This document shows, one piece after another, positions 8,495 to 16,491 of a stretch of 35,517 bases of DNA (position 1 is its first letter; every line of letters begins with the position of its first letter). Source of the DNA: Chloroflexota bacterium (lineage in GTDB: Bacteria; Chloroflexota; Anaerolineae; Anaerolineales; DRKV01); assembly GCA_037142095.1 (NCBI GenBank), contig JBAXBF010000001.1:1-35517 (forward strand), in the 5' to 3' direction. The translations under genes and the position numbers were made by a program. Under the pieces are notes generated by a model. That model ran no database searches. It saw nothing but the letters and a program-made list of their open reading frames with translations, and was not told the origin of the DNA.

Positions 8495-8977
8495 ATGCGT
8501 CTTGCGCATCTCTTTCGACCGTGGATTTATTTATTCAGCATCCTGATCGCCGCGGTCATGTTTGGGGCAGTGTTGTTTATCCTCATGTCATCCCGTAATT
8601 CCATGCCTCAGACAGGAGCAGCGACAGTCGTCGTAACAATTCTTCCAGCCCCAACATCAACATCCACACCTTCGGCGACTCCCCTTGTATCGCCAACGCC
8701 CACATTATCGGGATTACCGACACCGTTGCCTGGGGATATTGGGGTGGGGTCTTTTGTTCAAATTGTGGGTACCGGTGGAGATGGTCTCCGTTTGCGTGAT
8801 AAACCAGGTCTTGGGACAACCGTATTGACGATGGTTTCCGATACGGAAGTATTCAAGGTAATGGAAGGTCCTAATCAAGTAGATGGGTATAATTGGTGGT
8901 ATCTCGCAGATCCCTATAATGAAAAACGCCGTGGGTGGGCGGTAGCAAATTATTTGATGCTGGAAAAGAACCCATAA
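8495..8977 (+). CDS. membrane-anchored bacterial SH3 (SH3b) domain protein
   Basis: N-terminal TM helix, a Pro/Thr/Ser linker and a C-terminal SH3b-like block: GSFVQIVGTGGDGLRLRDKPG...VDGYNWWYL...RGWAVANYL. Confidence 0.7.
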   Translation: MRLAHLFRPWIYLFSILIAAVMFGAVLFILMSSRNSMPQTGAATVVVTILPAPTSTSTPSATPLVSPTPTLSGLPTPLPGDIGVGSFVQIVGTGGDGLRLRDKPGLGTTVLTMVSDTEVFKVMEGPNQVDGYNWWYLADPYNEKRRGWAVANYLMLEKNP

Positions 8978-9004
8978 AATGAAAGAATTGAGGTAATATT
9001 AGGT

Positions 9005-9544
9005 ATGGAAGATATTCAGATGAGTGATTTTTTTGAATTTGCCGAACATACATACCTGCGGCTTCAGGCTGGAGATTTGTTAACTCGTTGTTTAGAGCAA
9101 GATAACCTTAACCCGATTCAGGAAATGGTAGAAGAATTGATCTTGTCTGGACCCAAATCGATTAGTGTGTTGCGTGAAATCCTTGTTGAAACAGAGCAGC
9201 GCCGAGCGAATGTACAAGATTCACTTCATAAACTTTTTGTGGATTTTCAGAACCAGCACCAGCAGTTAAAGGATTTTCCGAATATCCTTGCATTTGTCTG
9301 GATGCCAGCCGAAATATGTCTGGAAGGGCTGATTAAGCATGGCATGTCTGAAGTGGATGCGCAGATGGTGTATTCCGATATTATCCGCAAGAATCGAAAA
9401 AATATTCTAGACCTGACATCTCAATTAAACTTACTCAAGGATGTACAGAATTATCTACATGACTGGCTTTGGGGCATGGCATATCAATCTTTTCACCAAG
9501 CCCATCCATATATTGAAAAGGGATCTTCAACCTGGATTTTCTAG
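9005..9544 (+). CDS. hypothetical cytoplasmic protein
   Basis: 179 aa ORF with a GAGG Shine-Dalgarno-like element upstream. It looks helical and I recognise no motif. Its stop overlaps the stop of the convergent response regulator gene. Confidence 0.5.
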   Translation: MEDIQMSDFFEFAEHTYLRLQAGDLLTRCLEQDNLNPIQEMVEELILSGPKSISVLREILVETEQRRANVQDSLHKLFVDFQNQHQQLKDFPNILAFVWMPAEICLEGLIKHGMSEVDAQMVYSDIIRKNRKNILDLTSQLNLLKDVQNYLHDWLWGMAYQSFHQAHPYIEKGSSTWIF

Positions 9545-10305
9545 TTACTGTCCGGCGTCAAGGACGGCTCACTGGTTACTTTTTGACGGTGGAAATCAAT
9601 AAAACGATACCCTGCGCCGCGTTCGGTTAAAATGTATTTGGGATTAGCCGGGTCTTTTTCGATTTTTTTGCGTAAATAGTTTATATATAGGCGTACATAG
9701 TGCGGCTCGTCCTGATATTCATATCCCCATACTTTTGAAAGCAACTGCTCATGAGAGAGCACCCAACCTGCATTCTGCACAAGATGGTATAGAAGACGGT
9801 ACTCCGTTGGGCGCAACTGTACCAGATTTCCGCCGACCCATACTTCACGCCGGTTGAAATCAATTTTGAAGTTATCGTCTACTTCAATGATTCCTTCGGG
9901 AACACCACTCATCAGTTCCACTCGCCGTAAAACCGCCCTCACCCGGCTGACCAATTCACGCGGGCTGAATGGCTTGGTGATATAGTCGTCCGCTCCGAGT
10001 TCGAGACCTTTTACGCGGTCTTCTTCCTCCCCCTTGGCAGTCAGCATAATCACCGGGACGGTATTGACTTCCCGAATCAAGCGCAATACTTCAAATCCCT
10101 CGATATCAGGCAGCATGATGTCGAGGAGGATCAAATCCGGAAGTTGGGTACGAATAAGATCAAGTACATCCTTACCCCTGTAGGCTTTAATAACCTGGAA
10201 ACCATCGTGCTCCAGGTTCAAGCTGATAAATCTTACCATTCTCTCTTCATCATCAACAACTAAGATGCGCCGGTTCTTAAATTCCCTGTTCATGCTCGAT
10301 TTCAT
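9541..10305 (-). CDS. OmpR/PhoB-family response regulator (receiver plus winged-helix DNA binding)
   Basis: ILVVDDE, DLILLDIMLPD (phospho-acceptor Asp) and LTAK in the receiver. The C-terminal wHTH has LRPTEYRLL...LSKVWG...VRLYINYLRKKI...RGAGYRF. Confidence 0.93.
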   Translation of the reverse strand: MKSSMNREFKNRRILVVDDEERMVRFISLNLEHDGFQVIKAYRGKDVLDLIRTQLPDLILLDIMLPDIEGFEVLRLIREVNTVPVIMLTAKGEEEDRVKGLELGADDYITKPFSPRELVSRVRAVLRRVELMSGVPEGIIEVDDNFKIDFNRREVWVGGNLVQLRPTEYRLLYHLVQNAGWVLSHEQLLSKVWGYEYQDEPHYVRLYINYLRKKIEKDPANPKYILTERGAGYRFIDFHRQKVTSEPSLTPDSN

Positions 10306-10334
10306 AAAAAGATATCCTTTAGCAAATGTTGTGA

Positions 10335-11288
10335 TTATCGATTAATTTTCATTCCAAGAAACCGGATGAGTATGGCACTGATATTATCCGGACCTCCGCC
10401 TTCATTTGCGGCATCCATTAATGATTGACATGCCTGGTATGGAGTAGAAGATTTTAAAATGCATTTGACAATTGTATCCTCCGGGACGACTCCCCATAAT
10501 CCATCTGAACAAAGCAGGAGATAGCCATCCTCCGGGATGGGTAGGAAGATTATTTCTGGTTCGGAATGCTCGCCTTGTCCCAGTGCGCGGTAGAGAATAT
10601 TTCGTTGCGGGTGGACGGCTGCTTCATCAGATGTAATTTGCCCCAGCTCTTCGAGGCGCCTTACCAAAGAGTGATCACGAGTAAGGGCGGTAATTTGACC
10701 ATCTGCTTTTATGTAATATGCACGACTGTCACCAATATGGGCGATAGCAAGATGGTTATTGGTGATAAGTGCAATCGTTAGGGTTGTGCCACCTTCGGGA
10801 GCTTTTTCTAATACTGCTTCGTGGGCACGACTTACGGCTGCATTGAGCACATCGGATATTGGCGCCTTATTTTCAGAAAGATTCAAGAAAGGGATATATA
10901 ACTTCTGTATAATCTCATCTGCTGCAGCTCGAATTGCCATTTCACTGGCGACCTCGCCGAGTTCATGACCACCCATCCCATCGGCAACGATATACACTCC
11001 GAACGGAGTGCGCTGGTTATTATTAGCAATCCCAGATGTAAAAGTGAATAGACTGTCTTGGTTTTTTTCTCTCTTCTTGCCGATGGAATAACCACAACCA
11101 ACTGACAATTGCAAATAATCAATATCAGGGTCTTTCATATTGCCATGTAATGGCACTGTGGTGGCATCGGTGCTTGGAGAAGACAATTTTGGCATTGGAG
11201 TATCCTCCTGTTGGAAAGTATGGTTGGATTGATTTACAGTCTCTTGAGACTGATTAGATGAGAAAAGACGTCGTAAGAACTCAATCAT
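10335..11288 (-). CDS. PP2C-family Ser/Thr protein phosphatase
   Basis: VADGMGGHELGEVAS, IAHIGDSRAY, LLLCSDGLWG and GGPDNISAILIRF are the canonical PPM motifs. It lies 29 nt upstream of the response regulator on the same strand. Confidence 0.9.
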   Translation of the reverse strand: MIEFLRRLFSSNQSQETVNQSNHTFQQEDTPMPKLSSPSTDATTVPLHGNMKDPDIDYLQLSVGCGYSIGKKREKNQDSLFTFTSGIANNNQRTPFGVYIVADGMGGHELGEVASEMAIRAAADEIIQKLYIPFLNLSENKAPISDVLNAAVSRAHEAVLEKAPEGGTTLTIALITNNHLAIAHIGDSRAYYIKADGQITALTRDHSLVRRLEELGQITSDEAAVHPQRNILYRALGQGEHSEPEIIFLPIPEDGYLLLCSDGLWGVVPEDTIVKCILKSSTPYQACQSLMDAANEGGGPDNISAILIRFLGMKINR

Positions 11289-11325
11289 AAGGTTGACCGC
11301 CGAGTAAATCCCATTTCTATCTCTA

Positions 11326-11354
11326 AATTATAGTCTCCATTGGCAAGAATTGCA
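11326..11354 (-). promoter_or_regulatory. candidate promoter of the PP2C-response regulator operon
   Basis: On the minus strand: TTGCAA (11354-11349), 17 nt spacer, TATAAT (11331-11326). It sits about 38 nt upstream of ATG 11288. Confidence 0.45.
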
Positions 11355-11491
11355 ACCCACTAGATAATTCGGTTTCAAGTGAAAAAAATTATCTCATGGA
11401 TGGGATATGGAAGTTTTTTCTAGATTGACTAAAAAAAATGGAGCGTAGCTGATGTATAATTGAGGTTAATCTTTTCGAATGAGGTGTCAGC

Positions 11492-12895
11492 ATGGGTAAC
11501 TATGAGGTGTATCAATCTCCTTTTTCGTGGCGTTATGGATCGATGGAAATGCGTCGAATTTGGGGAGAGTATAACAAGCGTCATCTCTGGAGGCAGTTGT
11601 GGGTAGCATTGGCAGAAGTCCAAGAACATTTTGGTTTGGTAAGCACCGAAAAGGTCGCTGATTTGCACGCTCACATGGATTCTGTGAATGTAGATCGCGC
11701 TTTGGAAATTGAGAGTGAGATCCAACATGATTTAATGGCGGAACTGAAGACGTTCGCTGAACAAGCAAAAATTGGTGGTGCGATTCTTCATCTGGGAGCA
11801 ACCTCGATGGATATTGAAGATAACGCCGAAGTGCTGCGGATACGTCAATCCTTGAACCTTGTTCTTGATAAATTGGTGAGTTTACTTCTCATCTTTGCAG
11901 AAAAAATCGAGACTTGGGCTGATCTTCCCCTGATGGCATTTACTCATTTACAACCTGCTGAACCATCCACTTTAGGGTATCGTTTGGCGCAATACGCACA
12001 AGACTTGCTTATGGATTGGCAGGATTTACTCCAGGTAAAGCGTAATTTATGTGGTAAAGGTTTTAAGGGAGCTGTAGGGACGAGTGCATCCTATGCCGAA
12101 TTGATCGGCGTTGAGAATTTAATATTGTTCGAACATATGTTATCCGAGCGATTGGGACTTTCTTTTTTTTCGATAGCTACTCAGGTATATACGCGCAAGC
12201 AGGATTATTCAGTCATCAGCGGATTAGCTGGATTGGGTGGTTCGCTCTATAAGTTTGCCTTTGATGTGAGGATTTTGCAGTCACCTTCTTTTGGTGAGTG
12301 GAATGAGCCATTCGGAAAGAAACAAGTTGGCTCTTCTGCGATGCCATTCAAACGAAATCCAATCAATGCGGAAAAAATTAATTCTCTGGGGCGTGCTTTA
12401 GCACAAATGCCGCGTCTTGCCTGGGATAACGCAGCCCACTCCTTGCTGGAAAGGACGTTGGATGACTCTGCAAACCGGCGCACATTACTCCCAGAGTCAT
12501 TTTTGATCTGTGATGAAATATTAAGTGTGGCTACGAAGTTGGTTAAGGGTTTACAAATCAGTGAGTCTGCAATCCGGCGCAACCTGGCAATGTATGCTCC
12601 CTTTGCAGCAACCGAACGTGTTTTGATGGCGTTATGCAAGCAAGGCGCAGACCGGCAGGAAATCCATGAGCGTTTGCGCATCCATGCTTTAAAAGCATGG
12701 GATGGTGTTCAAAGAGGAAAGACCAATCCCCTGGATAAATCCATCAGCAAGGACTTGGAATTTCAAAGATATCTTTCTGAAACAGCCCTGCAGAATCTAA
12801 TGGATGTAAACAATCATCTAGGAGATGCGCCTCAAAGAGCACGCGAATTTGCCGCTGCCTTACGGCGAGAAATTGAAATTAGACCAGAAATATAG
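11492..12895 (+). CDS. purB: adenylosuccinate lyase
   Basis: Fumarate-lyase signature GSSAMPFKRNP, HLGATSMDIEDN and FTHLQPAEPSTLG. Length 467 aa. GAGGTG Shine-Dalgarno lies upstream. Confidence 0.95.
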   Translation: MGNYEVYQSPFSWRYGSMEMRRIWGEYNKRHLWRQLWVALAEVQEHFGLVSTEKVADLHAHMDSVNVDRALEIESEIQHDLMAELKTFAEQAKIGGAILHLGATSMDIEDNAEVLRIRQSLNLVLDKLVSLLLIFAEKIETWADLPLMAFTHLQPAEPSTLGYRLAQYAQDLLMDWQDLLQVKRNLCGKGFKGAVGTSASYAELIGVENLILFEHMLSERLGLSFFSIATQVYTRKQDYSVISGLAGLGGSLYKFAFDVRILQSPSFGEWNEPFGKKQVGSSAMPFKRNPINAEKINSLGRALAQMPRLAWDNAAHSLLERTLDDSANRRTLLPESFLICDEILSVATKLVKGLQISESAIRRNLAMYAPFAATERVLMALCKQGADRQEIHERLRIHALKAWDGVQRGKTNPLDKSISKDLEFQRYLSETALQNLMDVNNHLGDAPQRAREFAAALRREIEIRPEI

Positions 12896-12922
12896 AAAAA
12901 GGGGCGCAGATGCGCCCCTTTT
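12896..12922. terminator. bidirectional intrinsic terminator between purB and rpsA
   Basis: AAAAA-GGGGCG(CAGATG)CGCCCC-TTTT. The GC stem is flanked by an A-tract and a T-tract, so it can terminate both convergent genes. Confidence 0.8.
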
Positions 12923-12942
12923 GACTTTATCATGGGTGAAAG

Positions 12943-14304
12943 CTATGCTTCAGTTATCTTCTCTTCGGAAACGCTATCGGATACTTCATCCGTTGCATCT
13001 CCCACTTCTACGTCAATGTCAACGTCTACTTCTACGTCCATAATATCTTCTTCTTCTTCGCCTTCATCTATGCCACCGATCTCATCAGAAAGCTCCATCT
13101 TCCAATCCAGATCAGCATAAGCAGCCGAGTCTACCTTGCGCAGGCTTAAGCCAATCCGTTTGCGTTCTGGCTCCAGTTTGATGACGCGCAGGGTAACCTT
13201 GTCTCCTTCTTTAATAACTTCTTTAGGATGGGCAATACGATCTTCGCTCAATTCTGAGATGTGGATCAATCCTTCCAGATCAGGATCATCCCCGATGCGA
13301 GAGAACGCTCCAAATTTCGTCAGGTGAGTGATCGTTCCTTCAACTAATTGACCGACCCGCAGACCTTTCATCTTTTTGATGATAGGATCCTCTAAAAGTT
13401 GTCGAATTGAGAGTCCAATACGCTTCTTTTCTTTATCTATTGAGATAACTTTAACTTCGACTTCTTGTCCAATGTGAAGAGCATCGCTGGGTTTGATGAG
13501 ATGCTCCCAAGTAATTTCAGACAGATGTACCAATCCATCAGCTCCATCCAGGTTGACGAATGCGCCAAACTCAGCCAGGCTTGTAACTCTGCCTCTGCGT
13601 ACATCACCGATCTGAATTTCACTTAATAGACGATCTTTGGAAGCCTCGCGGTTTTCTTGAACTGCCAGTCGTTCTGACAAGATCAGCCGCCGGCGGTCAC
13701 GGTCAACCTCGATTACCCGAACCCGAATATTCTCACCAACCATCTTCTGCCAGTGCTTGTCCATTGGTGTATCCGATTGGGGAGGTCTGCGTTCAACACA
13801 AACCTGGGAAGTGGGAACAAAACCACGCAGGGTGCCAATCGGTACGATTAATCCACCTTTATTGTAACCAATGATTTTGCCCTCAAAGGTATCGCCGCTG
13901 GCAAGCATTTCTTCTGCCTGCTGCCAATCCTTATCTTCGCGCGCCCGCATATAAGAAAGGCGCATAGGTCCACCGCGTTCATCTGTTGCTAAGATAAAAA
14001 CAGTGATCTCCTGGTTTTCTGCGAATAAGTTGCGTTCTTCCTCGGGAATGCCTTCAAGTTCACGATCTCGAATGACTCCTTCAGATTTTGCTCCGATGCT
14101 GACAAGTATCTCGTCTTTCTTGATGCTAACGATAGTCCCCTTGCGGTTTTCACCGGATTGAGGTTCGAGTTCGAAAACCTCGCTTTTCAGCAAGTCCGCC
14201 ATTGACAATTCATTTTCGTCTTCACCTGAAAGATTTGATTTTACAGCCTCCTCATGTGCATCCATCCTAATATTATCGATCATAAATTTTTTACATACTC
14301 CCAT
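12943..14304 (-). CDS. rpsA: 30S ribosomal protein S1 (four S1 domains, acidic C-terminal tail)
   Basis: Repeated S1 OB-fold blocks (G.IV.G.V...GAFV.L..GLVHISE type: GRVTSLAEFGAFVNLDGADGLVHLSEI, GTITHLTKFGAFSRI...GLIHISEL). The exact start is uncertain; M1 at 14304, M8 at 14283 and M14 are all possible. Confidence 0.88.
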   Translation of the reverse strand: MGVCKKFMIDNIRMDAHEEAVKSNLSGEDENELSMADLLKSEVFELEPQSGENRKGTIVSIKKDEILVSIGAKSEGVIRDRELEGIPEEERNLFAENQEITVFILATDERGGPMRLSYMRAREDKDWQQAEEMLASGDTFEGKIIGYNKGGLIVPIGTLRGFVPTSQVCVERRPPQSDTPMDKHWQKMVGENIRVRVIEVDRDRRRLILSERLAVQENREASKDRLLSEIQIGDVRRGRVTSLAEFGAFVNLDGADGLVHLSEITWEHLIKPSDALHIGQEVEVKVISIDKEKKRIGLSIRQLLEDPIIKKMKGLRVGQLVEGTITHLTKFGAFSRIGDDPDLEGLIHISELSEDRIAHPKEVIKEGDKVTLRVIKLEPERKRIGLSLRKVDSAAYADLDWKMELSDEIGGIDEGEEEEDIMDVEVDVDIDVEVGDATDEVSDSVSEEKITEA

Positions 14305-14322
14305 AGATTAAAGAATGTATCT

Positions 14323-14351
14323 ATTATAAATGCGAATTAATAACTTGACAA
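14323..14351 (-). promoter_or_regulatory. candidate rpsA promoter
   Basis: On the minus strand: TTGTCA (14351-14346), 17 nt spacer, TATAAT (14328-14323). It sits 18 nt upstream of ATG 14304. Confidence 0.5.
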
Positions 14352-14353
14352 CC

Positions 14354-14382
14354 TTTAAAAATAAGTGAAATCCGATTATAAT
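14354..14382 (+). promoter_or_regulatory. candidate promoter giving a leaderless ChlD-like mRNA
   Basis: TATAAT at 14377-14382, with a weak -35 TTTAAA at 14354-14359 (17 nt spacer). ATG 14390 lies 7 nt after the -10, and there is no Shine-Dalgarno. Confidence 0.4.
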
Positions 14383-14389
14383 AGTATGT

Positions 14390-15496
14390 ATGCGACCTAT
14401 ATATCCATTTACAGCTATTGTTCGTCAAGAACGTATGAAAAGAGCTTTGATTATGGTGGCGGTCGACCATCGTATTGGCGGTGTCTTGATCCGTGGGGAA
14501 CGCGGAACAGCAAAATCAACCGCAGCGCGTGCGATGGCAGCCCTATTGCCAGAAATCGAAGTATTTGCCGACTCTCCTTTTAGTGATGACCCGAATGCCC
14601 CCTTATCTTGGTCTGATTGGGCAAAAGAGCGTATTGCGCGCGGTGAAGAGTTAAAGATCATTAAGCGCCGGACACGTTTCGTTGATTTGCCAGTCAGTGC
14701 AACCGAAGATAGGGTCGTCGGGACATTGGATATAGAAAAAGCGATCCAGAGGGGAGAGAAGCATTTTGAACCAGGTGTGCTTGCTTCAGCTAATCGTGGA
14801 TTATTGTATATAGATGAAGTAAACCTACTCGATGACCATGTGGTAGATCTTCTATTGGATGCTGCTGCTATGGGGATTAATTATGTGGAACGAGAAGGAA
14901 TTTCTTTTATTCATTCAGCGAATTTCATCTTAGTTGGTACGATGAATCCGGAAGAAGGTGATCTTCGCCCGCAATTGCTTGACCGTTTCGCGTTGTCGGT
15001 AGAGATGGTCGGTGTGCGTGATCCTCGTGATCGCGTGGTCATCATGCAGCATAACCTGACATATGAGTCTGATCCGGAAAAATTTATTCATGATTGGACT
15101 GCAAAAGAAAAAGACCTTTCCGATCGTATCGCAAAAGCTCGGGAAATGGTTGATCGGGTGAGCTATACTCCCAGGGATCTTCTTTCGATTGCGGCATTAA
15201 GTGCTGATTTACATGTGGATGGACATCGTGCTGACCTTGTTGTGCTTAAAACCGCCCGTGCAAATGCTGCTTTTGAAGGTCGGACTGCAATAACTGCTCA
15301 TGACATCGCCATGGCTGCAGAGTTAGCTTATCCACACCGGCTTAAGCGGGGTCCCTTCCAGGAAAGTGACATTACTTCTGAGGCACTTGAGGAGCGTATC
15401 GACCAACTGGTTGGCGCGGTACCTGAAAATTCAGAAAGTGATCTTCCTCCTTCTGACCAAGAGTCAGACTCAAAAAAAAAAGGGAGCAGAGGCTGA
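14390..15496 (+). CDS. Mg-chelatase-type AAA+ ATPase module (ChlI/ChlD family, ChlD-like P-loop)
   Basis: MRPIYPFTAIVRQERMKRAL...GGVLIRGERGTAKST (Walker A with Ala before Lys), LLYIDEVNLLDDH (Walker B) and GTMNPEEGDLRPQLLDRF (sensor/Arg finger region). It ends in an acidic/Pro tail that terminates 12 nt after an A10 run. Confidence 0.88.
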   Translation: MRPIYPFTAIVRQERMKRALIMVAVDHRIGGVLIRGERGTAKSTAARAMAALLPEIEVFADSPFSDDPNAPLSWSDWAKERIARGEELKIIKRRTRFVDLPVSATEDRVVGTLDIEKAIQRGEKHFEPGVLASANRGLLYIDEVNLLDDHVVDLLLDAAAMGINYVEREGISFIHSANFILVGTMNPEEGDLRPQLLDRFALSVEMVGVRDPRDRVVIMQHNLTYESDPEKFIHDWTAKEKDLSDRIAKAREMVDRVSYTPRDLLSIAALSADLHVDGHRADLVVLKTARANAAFEGRTAITAHDIAMAAELAYPHRLKRGPFQESDITSEALEERIDQLVGAVPENSESDLPPSDQESDSKKKGSRG

Positions 15497-16433
15497 ATTA
15501 GATAGCGACGTACCTCAAGAGGGTGAGCCTGTTCCATCCAGACAGGATGTTTTTGATACTGCAAACGCTAAATGGTGGGAAGGGGGGAAGGTAGCGCCTG
15601 TTGGGCAGGTTTTTCGTCCGCGAAAAATTGATAGTCCTTTGGATAAAATCTCACGCCATCGCAGCGGACGGCGCTCTCAAACGCAAACCGACCGAAAACG
15701 GGGCCGCTATATTCAGGCACGCCCGGCTCATGGCAAAACAAATGACATTGCTTTCGATGCTACCCTGCGAGCCGCGGCACCTTTTCAAAAGCGCCGGATT
15801 GAGCAGCGCAAGAGGGTGGCGTTTGCCATCCAACCATCCGATTTACAGAGGAAGGTCCGTGTAAAGCGGACTGCTAACCTGGTTCTTTTTGTAGTAGACG
15901 CTTCCTGGTCTATGGCAGTTGCGGAGCGTATGACGGCGACCAAAGGTGCGATTATATCCTTGCTTACGGATGCCTACCAGCGCCGGGATCGGGTTGGATT
16001 AATTGTTTTCCAAAAAGATCGTTCTACGCTCATCCTTCCACCGACAAATTCGGTGCAATTGGCGAAAAGGGCTTTGGTAAGCGTACCTGTGGGCGGTAAA
16101 ACACCGCTTTCGGCAGGTCTTTTTCAAGCGCATCAAGTTATAGAGCGTGAGAAAGTAGCTCATCCAGATGTCGTACCTTTGTTGATTTTATTAACAGACG
16201 GGGCGGGAAATGTATCCATGGGTGCGATGCCAGCGCAAGAAGAGGCTCATTTCCTGGCAGACCAAATTGCTGATGATGGCATTCGTTCGATCGTTGTAAA
16301 TATGGAACATGTCGCTTTCGACCAGGGATTAGCGGCTGCTTTAGCCGAACACCTCAAATCCCCTTGTTATACGCTCAATGACATTCGTGCAGAGACATTA
16401 TACGATACTGTGCGTAAAGAAATGGCATCATAG
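15366..16433 (+). CDS. VWA (von Willebrand A) domain protein, ChlD/BchD C-terminal-like; true 5' end unclear
   Basis: RGRY...DIAFDATLRAAAP...NLVLFVVDASWSMA (MIDAS DxSxS)...KGAIISLLTDAY.RRDRVGLIVF...GGKTPLSAGL...LLTDGAGN. The only in-frame ATG (15366) overlaps the upstream ORF by 131 nt; GTG 15438 is an alternative. It most likely continues the upstream ORF through the A10 run at 15472-15481. Confidence 0.8.
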   Translation: MTLLLRHLRSVSTNWLARYLKIQKVIFLLLTKSQTQKKKGAEAELDSDVPQEGEPVPSRQDVFDTANAKWWEGGKVAPVGQVFRPRKIDSPLDKISRHRSGRRSQTQTDRKRGRYIQARPAHGKTNDIAFDATLRAAAPFQKRRIEQRKRVAFAIQPSDLQRKVRVKRTANLVLFVVDASWSMAVAERMTATKGAIISLLTDAYQRRDRVGLIVFQKDRSTLILPPTNSVQLAKRALVSVPVGGKTPLSAGLFQAHQVIEREKVAHPDVVPLLILLTDGAGNVSMGAMPAQEEAHFLADQIADDGIRSIVVNMEHVAFDQGLAAALAEHLKSPCYTLNDIRAETLYDTVRKEMAS

Positions 16434-16444
16434 CTCGAAATCAA

Positions 16445-16490
16445 TACTCCCGCAATGCATATCCGCCATTGCGGGAGTTATTTTGTTTTA
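16445..16490. terminator. intrinsic terminator between convergent VWA and SIMPL genes
   Basis: Perfect 12 bp stem ACTCCCGCAATG (16445-16456) / CATTGCGGGAGT (16466-16477) followed by TATTTTGTTTT. Confidence 0.7.
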
Positions 16491-16491
16491 C

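Noticed and set aside
11425-11460. TTGACT ... TATAAT upstream of purB as a canonical promoter, and a GGATATGG string (about 11400-11410) resembling a purine riboswitch core.
   Set aside because: The -35 to -10 spacing is 24 nt, which is too long; only the -10 may be real. The riboswitch resemblance is a single short word with no P2/P3 stems or CCGTAAA-like junction. I also saw no ZTP (pfl) motif.
12247-12681. 144 aa minus-strand ORF.
   Set aside because: It is antisense to purB, which carries the fumarate-lyase signature in the plus frame.
14345-14382. Plus-strand TTGACA (14345-14350) paired with TATAAT (14377-14382) as one promoter.
   Set aside because: The spacer is 26 nt. The TTGACA more plausibly belongs, as TTGTCA on the other strand, to the divergent rpsA promoter, which has a correct 17 nt spacer.
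15366-15437. ATG 15366 as the genuine start of the VWA gene.
   Set aside because: It would overlap the upstream ORF by 131 nt, and the encoded N-terminus (MTLLLRHLRSVSTNWLARYLKIQKVIFLLL) looks like out-of-frame noise. Continuity across the A10 run is more parsimonious.
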